Shown: positions 8,761 to 18,582 of the stretch, piece by piece
Layout: each line of letters begins with the position of its first letter
Position numbering within the stretch: the first letter of the stretch is position 1
Virus record (IMG/VR): IMGVR_UViG_3300029305_005547
Coordinates: 192,001-256,000 of that record
Length of the DNA: 64,000 nt
Direction: 5' to 3' (one strand)
Origin: a virus
Lineage: Duplodnaviria > Caudoviricetes
The notes under the pieces: model-generated
The model's database searches: none
The model's input: the letters and a program-made list of their open reading frames with translations, nothing else
What the model was told of the DNA's origin: nothing
Program-made: the position numbers and the translations under genes

Positions 8761-9054
8761 TTACGCCTCACTGTCTTCTGTAGCTTCTGCAATGTCTTCT
8801 TCGATAGCAGTAACTTCGCCCTTCTTGGAAGGGATCAAAGATGCAACCTTAGAAGCAACCAGGCAAGCGCCTGTAGCAGCAGCATCTGCAGCTGTATAAA
8901 TAATATCCAATGTAATAGTAGTCGCTACGTTAACTGCTACATCGTATGACATAGCCTTAACTGTCTTCTTCAGACGACGGGACTGCATGCTGGACATACC
9001 AACTGCTTTAGTTGCTTTCTTAAAAGTCTTTCTTGCTTTCTTAACAACTTTCAT
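8761..9054 (-). CDS. small basic/hydrophobic hypothetical protein
   Basis: AAGGAG RBS; Lys-rich N-terminus and Ala-rich hydrophobic core. Confidence 0.7.
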   Translation of the reverse strand: MKVVKKARKTFKKATKAVGMSSMQSRRLKKTVKAMSYDVAVNVATTITLDIIYTAADAAATGACLVASKVASLIPSKKGEVTAIEEDIAEATEDSEA

Positions 9055-9176
9055 ATCCTAAAACTCCTTTCCTCTTAGTTTTGTTTGACACATCGTTCTA
9101 AGATATTTTAAATTTTTGTATATGCTTTAATATTTTATTATATCAATACCAAAGTCATTTACAATTATTCACTATA

Positions 9177-9184
9177 ATAATATA
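9177..9184 (-). promoter_or_regulatory. early-type promoter TATATTAT
   Basis: Heads the 9054-8332 operon. Confidence 0.65.
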
Positions 9185-9215
9185 CGTTTATTTTTCTTAA
9201 CGAAAATACGTACTT

Positions 9216-9395
9216 TTACAGATATTCTCTACCTGCAATTATTACCAAATCGTTATCGTTTATATATTTTTTAATTTCTTCTATAGAACTATTTTGAAGA
9301 AATATTTCTCTAGTTTTTGCGTTTATTAAATTATATTTTGGATTATCAGATAAATCTGATATTAATGATTTTGATACATAGGCATAGGTTTTCAT
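9216..9395 (-). CDS. small hypothetical protein (59 aa)
   Basis: Manual translation MKTYAYVSKSLISDL...; GGGGTGAG RBS. Confidence 0.55.
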   Translation of the reverse strand: MKTYAYVSKSLISDLSDNPKYNLINAKTREIFLQNSSIEEIKKYINDNDLVIIAGREYL

Positions 9396-9546
9396 AAATA
9401 CTCACCCCATTTCAAATTAGACACATATTTTCTTTTCCATCTAATTGTTATTTCTTATTTTATTTTCAGTCTTTTAATTAAGAAAACAATTTTGTAACCA
9501 GTTTGGTTTATATTACCAAAAATCCAACGAAAGGAACATATAAAAT

Positions 9547-10167
9547 ATGAAGACAAAAGACAGTTTGAAACTTAAAGTTTTCGAGAGTTCTCTTCCCAAG
9601 GAAGATGTTACAGATCTTATCGCTATGATTGAATCTGCTTCAACTATCGATGATATTGATCATATTCAGGAAGTATTTAACGAAAAGGTTAAAGAAGTAC
9701 CTTATTCTGAAGCAGCAATTATCGCTTCTAATAAGAAGATTCTTGCAGCTCTTAAAGAGTCTGAAATTGCATCCGAATGTAAGGATGTTATTGCAGCTAT
9801 GGAAGAGTACAATAAAGAACTTCTTAATCTTTGGAAGAAAGGTGTAGAAGATATGCAGAAGTATGATGATATCTATTATCGTTTTCAACATAAAGCCGAT
9901 GAAGCTATGGATAAGATCGAACTGAAAATTAAAATGAAATTAGCTGAAATTGAAGCTAAAAACTTTAACGTTAGTTCTGATGAAGTTGATGAAGTTAAGA
10001 AGCAACTTGACATGGCTCTTGATTTTAAGAAGAGAGTTAAAGAAGCATTCAAAGATATGAAGAGTAATCTTACAGAGGCTGCTGAGAAAGTAGCTAAGGC
10101 TACTAAATCTAAAGCAGATGAACTTAAGGAAAAGATTGATAACCTTAAGAAGAAAGATGCTGAGTAA
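9547..10167 (+). CDS. putative inner-head coiled-coil protein
   Basis: Late promoter at 9485-9497; VFES, MIES and LTEA sites. Confidence 0.6.
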   Translation: MKTKDSLKLKVFESSLPKEDVTDLIAMIESASTIDDIDHIQEVFNEKVKEVPYSEAAIIASNKKILAALKESEIASECKDVIAAMEEYNKELLNLWKKGVEDMQKYDDIYYRFQHKADEAMDKIELKIKMKLAEIEAKNFNVSSDEVDEVKKQLDMALDFKKRVKEAFKDMKSNLTEAAEKVAKATKSKADELKEKIDNLKKKDAE

Positions 10168-10233
10168 GTTCTAATTTGAAAACAATAATTTAAATTAGAG
10201 AAATCTAAAAATCTTTTAATATATGGAAAGGAA

Positions 10234-10929
10234 ATGACGACTATGAGTTTTTTAGACGCATTAAGAAATCCCCTTCCTTCAACTGTTGTTACTGAGGCTC
10301 CCGTTGCAGAGGAACCTGTAAATACCCCTGCTGAGCCCGTTGCTGAACCTGTTGTGGAAGGTGCAGAAGATATAAATAATATCGTAATCGATGATGGCGA
10401 CGATGATACCATCGAAGGTGAGTTCGTTGATGATCTTGAAAAGCCGGACAGTTTGGATCTTACTCCTGAAGAGGAAGCTGAAGCTGATTCCATTATCAAT
10501 ATTGCAGCAACTCCCGTAATTTTGAAAGAGGTTCTCACTCAGGAAGCTGTAGATGCTTTTGTTGAATCCGCTGAGTTCGATCTGGCTATCGAAGAAGGAT
10601 TTGCACTTGAAGGAACTAAAGATAACTTCGGTTCATTCACTGGTGAGCTCTTTACTGAAGCTAAGTTCTATAACAAGAACCAGGTTCGCTTCACTAAGGA
10701 AGCAAGAACAAACCAGTTGTTCGAAATCTGTGTACAGGCTATTGCCCGTGCTAAGAATGACCCTGTATACTTCAAGCTTGCTAAGGTACAGGTTCTTAGA
10801 AGAAAGCTGAAAGCAACTCTTCGCCAGAGATATAAGGCTCCGGCTATGAAGAAAGCTAAGGAGTACATTGTACGTTTGAGACGTTCTAAGGCTCCTACGA
10901 TTGCTAACGCAGCAAAAAAGATTGGTTAA
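10234..10929 (+). CDS. putative inner-head protein (acidic propeptide, basic C-terminal domain)
   Basis: Late promoter at 10181-10193; VTEA, VVEG, FVES and FTEA sites precede a strongly basic C-terminal region. Confidence 0.65.
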   Translation: MTTMSFLDALRNPLPSTVVTEAPVAEEPVNTPAEPVAEPVVEGAEDINNIVIDDGDDDTIEGEFVDDLEKPDSLDLTPEEEAEADSIINIAATPVILKEVLTQEAVDAFVESAEFDLAIEEGFALEGTKDNFGSFTGELFTEAKFYNKNQVRFTKEARTNQLFEICVQAIARAKNDPVYFKLAKVQVLRRKLKATLRQRYKAPAMKKAKEYIVRLRRSKAPTIANAAKKIG

Positions 10930-11048
10930 GAGTTTTATCTTAGATTTGGTGAATATTCCATAACGATTATACCTATTTCCTGCTTTCATGTTGGATCCGT
11001 GTTATGCGTTATTAATCCTCCATTTCTTTAAACTTATAAACCAAAGGT

Positions 11049-11126
11049 TTACCCTAGGAGTCATTTAGCTCCTAGGGTAACTTTTATACAAAAAATAAGA
11101 GGAAGGTGTATAAATCACCTTCCTCT
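11049..11126. terminator. pair of convergent intrinsic terminators
   Basis: TTACCCTAGGAG/CTCCTAGGGTAA and AGAGGAAGGTG/CACCTTCCTCT. Confidence 0.75.
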
Positions 11127-11131
11127 ATTCT

Positions 11132-11608
11132 TTATTCCAATCTTTCAGCGTAACCAATAGTTACACCATCCTGACTTACCCTAATACCAGGAGTAGGTAA
11201 ACCGAACTTTCTAGCTCGGTTATATTCCTGGATATGGTAAATGTATCCAGTCTGGATGTGGAAATAATCTGCGTTACATTCATCCGCATACTCATAGATA
11301 TCAAATTCACTTCCAGTTTTTCTAGAAGCTTTCATTGATTCAGTAAGCATTCCGCTTAAAGTACCAATAATGTCACCAGCAAATGCTGATACCTGACGAA
11401 CATCAAGATCAAGTAATCCCGGAATTTCATCAAGTCTCTTTAATTCATTAATGTATGCATTATACACTTTTGCATATGCACTATCTTCTTCCATAGGAAT
11501 AAGACCTGTTAAAGGAAGAAGAGAGCTAATAACTTCTTCAGATACACCAAGAGTTTCAAGAATAGTTGCAGGATACTTTTCGATAGTCATAGAAATTTTG
11601 TTATTCAT
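11132..11608 (-). CDS. hypothetical early protein
   Basis: AAGGAGG RBS before ATG 11608; early promoter at 11696-11703. Confidence 0.7.
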   Translation of the reverse strand: MNNKISMTIEKYPATILETLGVSEEVISSLLPLTGLIPMEEDSAYAKVYNAYINELKRLDEIPGLLDLDVRQVSAFAGDIIGTLSGMLTESMKASRKTGSEFDIYEYADECNADYFHIQTGYIYHIQEYNRARKFGLPTPGIRVSQDGVTIGYAERLE

Positions 11609-11695
11609 AATGACCCTCCTTATGAAGTTTATTTTTTGCACCTATAGATCACTGTAGTTATGTGCTATAGCGTTATGAAGTTTTTATTCACTAAA

Positions 11696-11744
11696 ATAAT
11701 ATATCTTTATTTTAACTCAAAATACGGTTTTAGAAGTATATTAT
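11696..11744. promoter_or_regulatory. divergent pair of early-type promoters
   Basis: TATATTAT on minus (11696-11703) and plus (11737-11744), matching the divergent gene layout. Confidence 0.7.
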
Positions 11745-11777
11745 TTTATAAGATAAAACAGAAAGGAAGGATTCAAA

Positions 11778-11963
11778 ATGGGTAATTGTTTTGTTTGTGG
11801 AAATGAAGTAAAAGACGATGAAGATTTTGAGTGGCATGGTTGTGATGGTGACAAAATTCATACCAAATGTAAACCCCATCTTCAACTGGCATATAATAAA
11901 ATCAACAATATGTCTGATAAAGAATTTGAAGATTATCTTCTTGGAAAAAGTAATTTATTATGA
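11778..11963 (+). CDS. small zinc-finger protein
   Basis: CFVCG...HTKC; AAGGAAGG RBS. Confidence 0.65.
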   Translation: MGNCFVCGNEVKDDEDFEWHGCDGDKIHTKCKPHLQLAYNKINNMSDKEFEDYLLGKSNLL

Positions 11964-11978
11964 AAGGAATAAGTTAAA

Positions 11979-12266
11979 ATGGGTAAGATTAAAAGTGAAA
12001 ACGAAATCATTGCAGCTATCAAACCTGAAAAACTAAAAGAGATGGCAGATCAAATCGACAACTTTTTAGACTTTGTCGACAAGTTTTTATTTATTGAAGG
12101 ATGTACAAGTGAAGAGTATGAAAAGTACATGAAGAAAGCAAGGAAAGCTGCTAAAAGATTAAGAAAAGGAAAAGATCTTGATTTGGTATTTGATGCAGAT
12201 AAGATTGAAGAGTGTTGCCAAAATGATCCAAATTTTGCATCTGAATACCTTGATGAAGATTGGTGA
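11979..12266 (+). CDS. hypothetical protein
   Basis: RBS; operon context. Confidence 0.7.
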   Translation: MGKIKSENEIIAAIKPEKLKEMADQIDNFLDFVDKFLFIEGCTSEEYEKYMKKARKAAKRLRKGKDLDLVFDADKIEECCQNDPNFASEYLDEDW

Positions 12267-12272
12267 TATTAA

Positions 12273-12794
12273 ATGAAGTTTTATTTATTCTTTTTAAAAT
12301 ACGATAGAAGTCTCTACGCATTCACTACAGTAAAAGAATATGCTGAAAAGTTTCTAAATGAAAGAAACCCTAATTGTTTCAAAGTTAAAGAAAAGAAGCT
12401 TAAAGGTGAAGCAGAAAAGATTTTTATGTATACAAATAAATTACTTCAACTTAATAAGTACCCTTATCAAACTGGAGTTGGTTCTAATGAATATGTAGAA
12501 CTTATTGCTACAGGAAAAGAAGATGATAAAATAACATATGAAGTTGAAGCAATGGAAAACATGGTTGGTGAAATAGACCAGATACTAAGACAATGGCCTC
12601 TTAAAAAGAAATATGAAGAGGTTATTGATAGAATGACTCAAATACATGACAATTCAGGTCATATAACTATCGATACATTATCATTATTTGTAGACATTCA
12701 CAAAGATACATTTATCGAAAGAGAACCAATAAAACCTTATGAGAAATCAGTTTGGGAGTCACAATCCGATAATATGTGTCTTGACACATTTTAA
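12273..12794 (+). CDS. hypothetical protein
   Basis: ORF in an operon with beta'-C. Confidence 0.7.
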   Translation: MKFYLFFLKYDRSLYAFTTVKEYAEKFLNERNPNCFKVKEKKLKGEAEKIFMYTNKLLQLNKYPYQTGVGSNEYVELIATGKEDDKITYEVEAMENMVGEIDQILRQWPLKKKYEEVIDRMTQIHDNSGHITIDTLSLFVDIHKDTFIEREPIKPYEKSVWESQSDNMCLDTF

Positions 12795-12817
12795 GATTTA
12801 GAAAGAAGGAATCCGTA

Positions 12818-14920
12818 ATGAGTAAACAACAAGTATATGAAATTCCGGTTATCAACTCTACAGATGATCTTAAAGAACTTCTTATGAGTTGTTATACTTT
12901 GGAGTATTTCATGGCTACAGAGGAAATCTATGAAGATTTCTTTGAAAAACTTTATGCGATTATCAAAGGGTGTATTGAAAAGAAAGAATGTAGAGAGTAT
13001 CCTGTTAAGTTTAAATTTTATAACGATGACAAGAATACATATGAAATGCAGTTACGTCATTTCATAATTAATCTCATTTTGTGGGAACCCTTTGTCCATG
13101 TTAATTCCATCAAGTTTTTAAATGATAGATATATCATGGATGGAACGAAAATTATTGTTGAAGAACAGTATGATCTTGATTACTGGATCAATACAAAAAT
13201 CATAACTGTTCTCAGAAATTACAATGTAAAAGAAATAACTATTAACAAAAGTATTTCGAAAGTTTGTAACAGACTTCGAAATATTTCGTTGGATTTCTCG
13301 TTAATTATGAATCTCAATTTCTCATATTTCACGTTCATTGAGATGTATCAGAAGAACCCTCGAATTAAAGAGATTATGGAATGTACTTTTGATGAAACAA
13401 TGCAACCTAGAGATATTGAGATCACTATTGATAAATATTTACAAGAAGAGCTGGAAATCTACATGAATGATCCAGGAAACCCTATCGGTACAATATTACG
13501 ATCAGGAACTGGAATTAAGCACAAACAGTTTGCTGAATTTACAATAGCTCAAGGATTAAAGCCTAGTTTGGATGGTGTTATTATGCCAGTACCTATTGAA
13601 AATTCTACATTAATTCGTGGTTTGGATCGTCCTTCTTATGTATATATAGATGCTTCAGCAGCAAGAAAATCCTTAATTTTGAATAAAACTGTTATGGGTA
13701 CTGCTGGTAACTTTGGTAAGCTTACATTACAGCTTGCTAAAACACTTGGATTATCCCGTACTATTTCGGATTGCGAGACAAAGCATTTACTTAATATTAC
13801 TATTAATAGTAAGAAGATGCTTAAGAAATTCAATAATAGATATTATAGACTTCATGAAAATGATAGTTTAAAATTATTGGATTCCGATAATGATACGCAT
13901 CTTATAGGTGAAACAATTCAGCTCAGATCTCCTGTAACCTGTGCACTTGGTGACCATGTATGTGCTAAGTGTTTTGGTAGAACAGCTGGTCTTAACTATG
14001 ATATCGCTGATGGTGTTGCCGGATTCGAATCCGAAGAAATTACAAAAGAGCTTGAGCAGAACGTTCTTTCATCTAAGCATTTACTTACAACAAAATCAGA
14101 AGTGTTGGAGTTTAATGACGCTTTTGATAAATACTTCACTTTAACATCTGGAGAAGTTTATCCGTTGGTTGATGAAAATGATAGTGTAGAAGATATTAAT
14201 AATTACGCTATTTATATTGCTCCAAACACAATCGAAAAGGTTGATGAAATGGACGATGAAAATGGTTATAATACATTCATTGCGGGTGGAGTATTCTATG
14301 TAGTTGATATGACTACAGGTGAGATGGAAGAAATTAAACTTAAGAATGAAGGAAAAGAAATATTTATTTCTGATGAAGCACTTGAACTTATGAGACATGG
14401 TCGTGGATATATTAAGTTCAAAGAGTTGTCCGATGATGTAAAGGTATTTGAAATGAATATCTTAAATAACGAGCTTACAAAACCTCTCTATGAAATGATG
14501 GGTCTTTTGAACCGTAATAGAAAAGAGGGTGAACCTCAAACAATTGATGAAGTTACACAACGCTTTGTAGAACTTCTTGTTGTTTCTGGTATTAAAGCGT
14601 CATCTCTTGCAGGTGAATGTATTATCAATCGTTTAGTACGAAGTGATATAAACATTTACGACAGACCTGATTTTACACGTACGAGATTAGAACCTTATAC
14701 AATTATTACAATTCGTAAGGCTCTTGAAGATAATAAATCTCCTGGACTCGGTCTGTCTGTTCAATATATTAAGAGACAGCTTCTTAGTGATGAAATTGTC
14801 ACGGAAAGAACTGGAACATCTTATATTGATCCGTTTTTACAGACAAAGGTTCCTAACTTGAGTGAAATTTACGGAACAACAAAACGTAAGAGAACACGTG
14901 AACCTAAAGGACTTATGTAA
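12818..14920 (+). CDS. phage RNA polymerase beta' C-terminal subunit
   Basis: Bridge-helix-like ARKSLILNKTVMGTAGNFGK, Zn site LRSPVTC-x5-VCAKCFG and trigger-loop-like EQNVLSSKH. Confidence 0.88.
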   Translation: MSKQQVYEIPVINSTDDLKELLMSCYTLEYFMATEEIYEDFFEKLYAIIKGCIEKKECREYPVKFKFYNDDKNTYEMQLRHFIINLILWEPFVHVNSIKFLNDRYIMDGTKIIVEEQYDLDYWINTKIITVLRNYNVKEITINKSISKVCNRLRNISLDFSLIMNLNFSYFTFIEMYQKNPRIKEIMECTFDETMQPRDIEITIDKYLQEELEIYMNDPGNPIGTILRSGTGIKHKQFAEFTIAQGLKPSLDGVIMPVPIENSTLIRGLDRPSYVYIDASAARKSLILNKTVMGTAGNFGKLTLQLAKTLGLSRTISDCETKHLLNITINSKKMLKKFNNRYYRLHENDSLKLLDSDNDTHLIGETIQLRSPVTCALGDHVCAKCFGRTAGLNYDIADGVAGFESEEITKELEQNVLSSKHLLTTKSEVLEFNDAFDKYFTLTSGEVYPLVDENDSVEDINNYAIYIAPNTIEKVDEMDDENGYNTFIAGGVFYVVDMTTGEMEEIKLKNEGKEIFISDEALELMRHGRGYIKFKELSDDVKVFEMNILNNELTKPLYEMMGLLNRNRKEGEPQTIDEVTQRFVELLVVSGIKASSLAGECIINRLVRSDINIYDRPDFTRTRLEPYTIITIRKALEDNKSPGLGLSVQYIKRQLLSDEIVTERTGTSYIDPFLQTKVPNLSEIYGTTKRKRTREPKGLM

Positions 14921-14926
14921 TAAATG

Positions 14927-14960
14927 TATAGGGTAGATTAGTTTCTACCCTATATTTTTT
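14927..14960 (+). terminator. intrinsic terminator
   Basis: TATAGGGTAGA/TCTACCCTATA plus T-run. Confidence 0.75.
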
Positions 14961-14973
14961 AAAAGGAGAAGAA

Positions 14974-15972
14974 ATGAAATTTTTTAGGAAAACAAATACT
15001 GAATCATGTAAGAATGTAAATATGTCTATTCGTAAATATATAAATAACAATTTTTCATTCACCAGTGCAGTTATCGAATTTATTGATACCTTACACTATC
15101 AACCAATATCATCATTAGATGACATTGTTAATATGTTAAATCTTATTTTCGAAGATAAAACTACAATGAAAATATCTGAAATTGAAAACGTCATACATTC
15201 AATGGGTGATGAAGGTCAGTGGATGAGTAAAATTGCAAATTTTACTAAATTAGCAAATTATCATCCATTATTTGATTTTGGATCTTTGTTTTTAAATGAT
15301 TTAGTGGAAAATAACGATGAATATTTTAAAGAATTTTTATTTGTATTTTATGATACTATAGTTGGAGTTAATGGTGACCTTCCGTCTGGGATATCATATA
15401 CACGGTGGCAAGATAAACTTAGAGATCGTGAAAATAAATTTAAGTTTGAATATGACAGAGTTAAATTCGCAGTATCATCCATTACAGAACCTCATGTATT
15501 TAAAGGTTATACGATGGCGTTTACTAAATTGAATGATGATATTTTAACTATAATTAATACAAACGGAATAAAATATCTTGAGTTATTATCGAAGATAATA
15601 ACTAATCAAAGTGGTAAATGTGTAGATTATGCTACAGATTACAAAAACGTAATAAGAAGTATTCAAGACGAGTTTTGGTGCAAATCAATTCCTAAATTTG
15701 TGTTAAAAAATAACAAACTTGAATATAATCGTAATCGTAAAATATCATTTGATGAAATGTATTTTGCATCATCTGAAAATGGATCTATACGTATACGAAT
15801 AAATGATGAGTCTAAATATATAAGTTTTAATGAAATTTTGTATGTATTGACATCTTTAACCGAAAATCCGTTTGTCGAACACGCTTCTCCGAATGTATTA
15901 TATACAGCTGCTGTATATATTTATTTTATGAGAGAAGCTGAAAATGTTATTAAAGATCTTATTTTCGAATAA
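14974..15972 (+). CDS. hypothetical protein
   Basis: 332-aa ORF, AAGGAG RBS. Confidence 0.75.
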   Translation: MKFFRKTNTESCKNVNMSIRKYINNNFSFTSAVIEFIDTLHYQPISSLDDIVNMLNLIFEDKTTMKISEIENVIHSMGDEGQWMSKIANFTKLANYHPLFDFGSLFLNDLVENNDEYFKEFLFVFYDTIVGVNGDLPSGISYTRWQDKLRDRENKFKFEYDRVKFAVSSITEPHVFKGYTMAFTKLNDDILTIINTNGIKYLELLSKIITNQSGKCVDYATDYKNVIRSIQDEFWCKSIPKFVLKNNKLEYNRNRKISFDEMYFASSENGSIRIRINDESKYISFNEILYVLTSLTENPFVEHASPNVLYTAAVYIYFMREAENVIKDLIFE

Positions 15973-15976
15973 TTAT

Positions 15977-16010
15977 GAAGAGATAAGCAAATGCTTATCT
16001 CTTCATTTTT
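15977..16010. terminator. terminator between convergent genes
   Basis: GAAGAGATAAGCA/TGCTTATCTCTTC. Confidence 0.75.
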
Positions 16011-16624
16011 TATCGTGTTTCTAAAAATTTATTGAATTGACGAATCAATTCATTTGTTTCTGTATTATCTGTGGTACATAATTTTTCTTGTTCGGGTTCC
16101 AAAAATACAACTTTATTATGAGCAAGAGTTTTCTTAATATCAATTACTCTCTGATTTGTAGATCCTACCCAATGATAGTCTTTATCATTTTTATCATTTT
16201 CATATTTACCATCACAAAGCACATCAATCCCAAGAAGGATTCCACAATATGTATCAATCACTTCTCTATCTGTATTAGATAATATAGTTTTGATAATCCA
16301 ATCTAATGTGAATCCTGTATATAACCAAATGGTTTTTTCATCGCCATAAGTTTCATTTACTTTTTTGATTACTTCAACGACATCTTCAGGATAATATGTA
16401 AGAGGATCACCGCCGCTTAAAGTTAAACCGTGAATATAATCATGATTTAAATCATCAAGAATCTCTTTCATAGATTCTTCATCAAATAATACCCCATCTT
16501 CAGGATCATGCGTAACTGGATTATGGCAATCTTTACAATTATGAAAACAACCGGAAACCCAAAGAACAGTTCTTATTCCTGCACCATTTTCAATATTATT
16601 AGGTTCAATATTATGAAATCTCAT
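16010..16624 (-). CDS. nrdG: anaerobic ribonucleotide reductase activating enzyme (radical SAM)
   Basis: NGAGIRTVLWVSGCFHNCKDCHN (CxxxCxxC), GLTLSGGDP, WLYTG and GSTNQR. Confidence 0.93.
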   Translation of the reverse strand: MRFHNIEPNNIENGAGIRTVLWVSGCFHNCKDCHNPVTHDPEDGVLFDEESMKEILDDLNHDYIHGLTLSGGDPLTYYPEDVVEVIKKVNETYGDEKTIWLYTGFTLDWIIKTILSNTDREVIDTYCGILLGIDVLCDGKYENDKNDKDYHWVGSTNQRVIDIKKTLAHNKVVFLEPEQEKLCTTDNTETNELIRQFNKFLETR

Positions 16625-16745
16625 ATTTTACCACCTTTCAAATTCGTTTAACTTTTTGTTAGAATAACTATTAAAAATATTTACGCTTTCTTTATTGAAA
16701 AGAAACATTTAACTAATGATCAATAAGAAAGGAAGGGTGTCAAAT

Positions 16746-17072
16746 ATGGGAACCATTATTGGCAGACAATATACACCTCAGGATGAACAAGGTAACCGCG
16801 ACGTTATCCATCCTGAAACTCAAATAGATGCAGTTCTTGATCCGATTACTGGGAAACCATTACGTGCTCAATTAGAAAGCATTAGTGATAAATTAGTACC
16901 AGTAAATCCTGAGACTGGAGAACCTGGATTTATCACCCCCGAAATGGTTGAAAAATATAATCATATGGCAGAAAACTCAATTGTAGTAGATTCAGTTAAG
17001 CCTACTTTCGCAAATGGAGGTTACTGGTTTAATGTATATGATCCTACAATGACATCTACCGATGTAGAATAA
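16746..17072 (+). CDS. small putative fibre/baseplate accessory protein
   Basis: Late promoter at 16704-16716; IHPETQIDAV and C-terminal KPT..GGYWFNV motifs shared with the tail fibre. Confidence 0.55.
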   Translation: MGTIIGRQYTPQDEQGNRDVIHPETQIDAVLDPITGKPLRAQLESISDKLVPVNPETGEPGFITPEMVEKYNHMAENSIVVDSVKPTFANGGYWFNVYDPTMTSTDVE

Positions 17073-17180
17073 TACCGTAATTATCGGGGATAAATAAATT
17101 GAACATTAAAATAATTGAAATGGGACCACCCCTATCAATATAACTAACCTACAAAAAAATCGAAAGAGAGGTAAATTGTA

Positions 17181-17930
17181 ATGGCATCTAAGAATGTTAT
17201 TATTAAGCGTAAAATCGCTGACGAAATTTTCGAATTACTTCCTAAGACATCTGGTGCACAGGTAGAGGTTACTTACGGTACCGAAGTTAAGGCTTTGGCT
17301 GATGTATTGTCTACTGTTTACACTGATTTGGAAGCATGGAATACTTTCAAGAAGGATGTTGATTTTGCTGGTACTGACTCTGCACTTGATACTCTGCGTG
17401 AGTTGATCGACTACTTGAGTCAGGAAGATGTTGCTACATCTATCGCAGGTCAGTTATCCGCTATTAAGGATCGCCTTGACGCTGTTGAAGCTAAGGCTGC
17501 TGCTAACGAAACCGCTATTGGTGAGTTGACTCAGACCGTTGCTGCTAACAAGAAGGCTGCTGAAGATGCAGTTACTGCATTGACTCAGACTGTAACTGAT
17601 AACAAGACTGCTGCTGATGCTACTGAAGCTAAGGCTGAGCAGAATAAGACTGATATCGCTGCATTGACTCAGACTGTTGCTGCTAACAAGACTGCTGCTG
17701 AAGAGGCTATTGCCGCTGTTGATGCTAAGGCTGTTAAGAACGCTGAAGACATCGCTGCTAACAAGACTGCCGCTGAAGAGGCTGTTGCCGCTGTTGATGC
17801 TAAGGCTGTTAAGAACGCTGAAGACATCGCTGTATTGCAGGGTGTTGCTGCAGCTCAGGCACGTGTTATCGTTGCTGAAGAGATTCCTGCAGATCTGTCT
17901 GAGACCGATCTCATGTTGCAGATTGTTTAA
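17181..17930 (+). CDS. coiled-coil virion fibre protein with internal repeats
   Basis: Late promoter at 17102-17114; Ala-rich heptads; LDTLREL motif. Confidence 0.6.
   Translation: MASKNVIIKRKIADEIFELLPKTSGAQVEVTYGTEVKALADVLSTVYTDLEAWNTFKKDVDFAGTDSALDTLRELIDYLSQEDVATSIAGQLSAIKDRLDAVEAKAAANETAIGELTQTVAANKKAAEDAVTALTQTVTDNKTAADATEAKAEQNKTDIAALTQTVAANKTAAEEAIAAVDAKAVKNAEDIAANKTAAEEAVAAVDAKAVKNAEDIAVLQGVAAAQARVIVAEEIPADLSETDLMLQIV
17679..17831 (+). repeat. 75-nt tandem direct repeat (AANKTAAEEAxAAVDAKAVKNAEDI x2)
   Basis: Near-identical copies seen in both DNA and protein. Confidence 0.85.
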
Positions 17931-17953
17931 TCTGATAATTCAGTTAAACGTAA

Positions 17954-17983
17954 TGACAGGTACTAGGAAACTAGTACCTGTCA
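17954..17983 (+). terminator. stem-loop / terminator
   Basis: TGACAGGTACTAG/CTAGTACCTGTCA. Confidence 0.7.
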
Positions 17984-18011
17984 TATTATGTTTATTAGGA
18001 GGAACAAATAA

Positions 18012-18497
18012 ATGGACAAATATTTAGAAAAAGTTTTAAATCATGTAATTAAACTTTTAGCTCTTTTTATTGCAGGAGGTATTGTATACCTCGGTGTAGA
18101 AATACTATGGAGAGGTCATACACATTGGTCTATGGGAATTGTAGGAGGTTTGTGCTTCATTCTCGTAGGTCTTATTAATGAAGTATTCACATACAAAATG
18201 TATCTTGAAATTCAGGCTGTTATAGCATCTGTAATTATTACTGTCGTTGAATTTTTTGCAGGTTTATTAATAAATGTAAAACTTGGATGGGATGTATGGG
18301 ATTATTCTAACTTGCCATTCAATATCATGGGACAAGTTTGTTTATTATTTATGATTTTATGGTTCTTCTTATCATTTGTTGCTATTATATTTGATGATGT
18401 TTTAAGAGCAATTGTATTTGGAGAAGAGAAACCAAACTACAGAGTTTGGATTATTGAAAATGTAAAGAAACTTGTTGATAAATACCATGGGTTATAA
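18012..18497 (+). CDS. multi-pass membrane protein of the CmpB/TMEM229-like (putative ABC permease) family
   Basis: YxxVEILWRGHTHWSM, EFFAG and WDYSNLPFNIMGQVCL motifs; four hydrophobic segments. Confidence 0.75.
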   Translation: MDKYLEKVLNHVIKLLALFIAGGIVYLGVEILWRGHTHWSMGIVGGLCFILVGLINEVFTYKMYLEIQAVIASVIITVVEFFAGLLINVKLGWDVWDYSNLPFNIMGQVCLLFMILWFFLSFVAIIFDDVLRAIVFGEEKPNYRVWIIENVKKLVDKYHGL

Positions 18498-18504
18498 GAC
18501 AGCG

Positions 18505-18532
18505 TAATGGAGTAGCACATGCTACTCCATTA
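18505..18532. terminator. terminator between convergent genes
   Basis: TAATGGAGTAGC/GCTACTCCATTA. Confidence 0.65.
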
Positions 18533-18582
18533 CATTGCCGATTTAAGAAGGAAACTTTATACAATGAAAGAAAGCGGTATTT

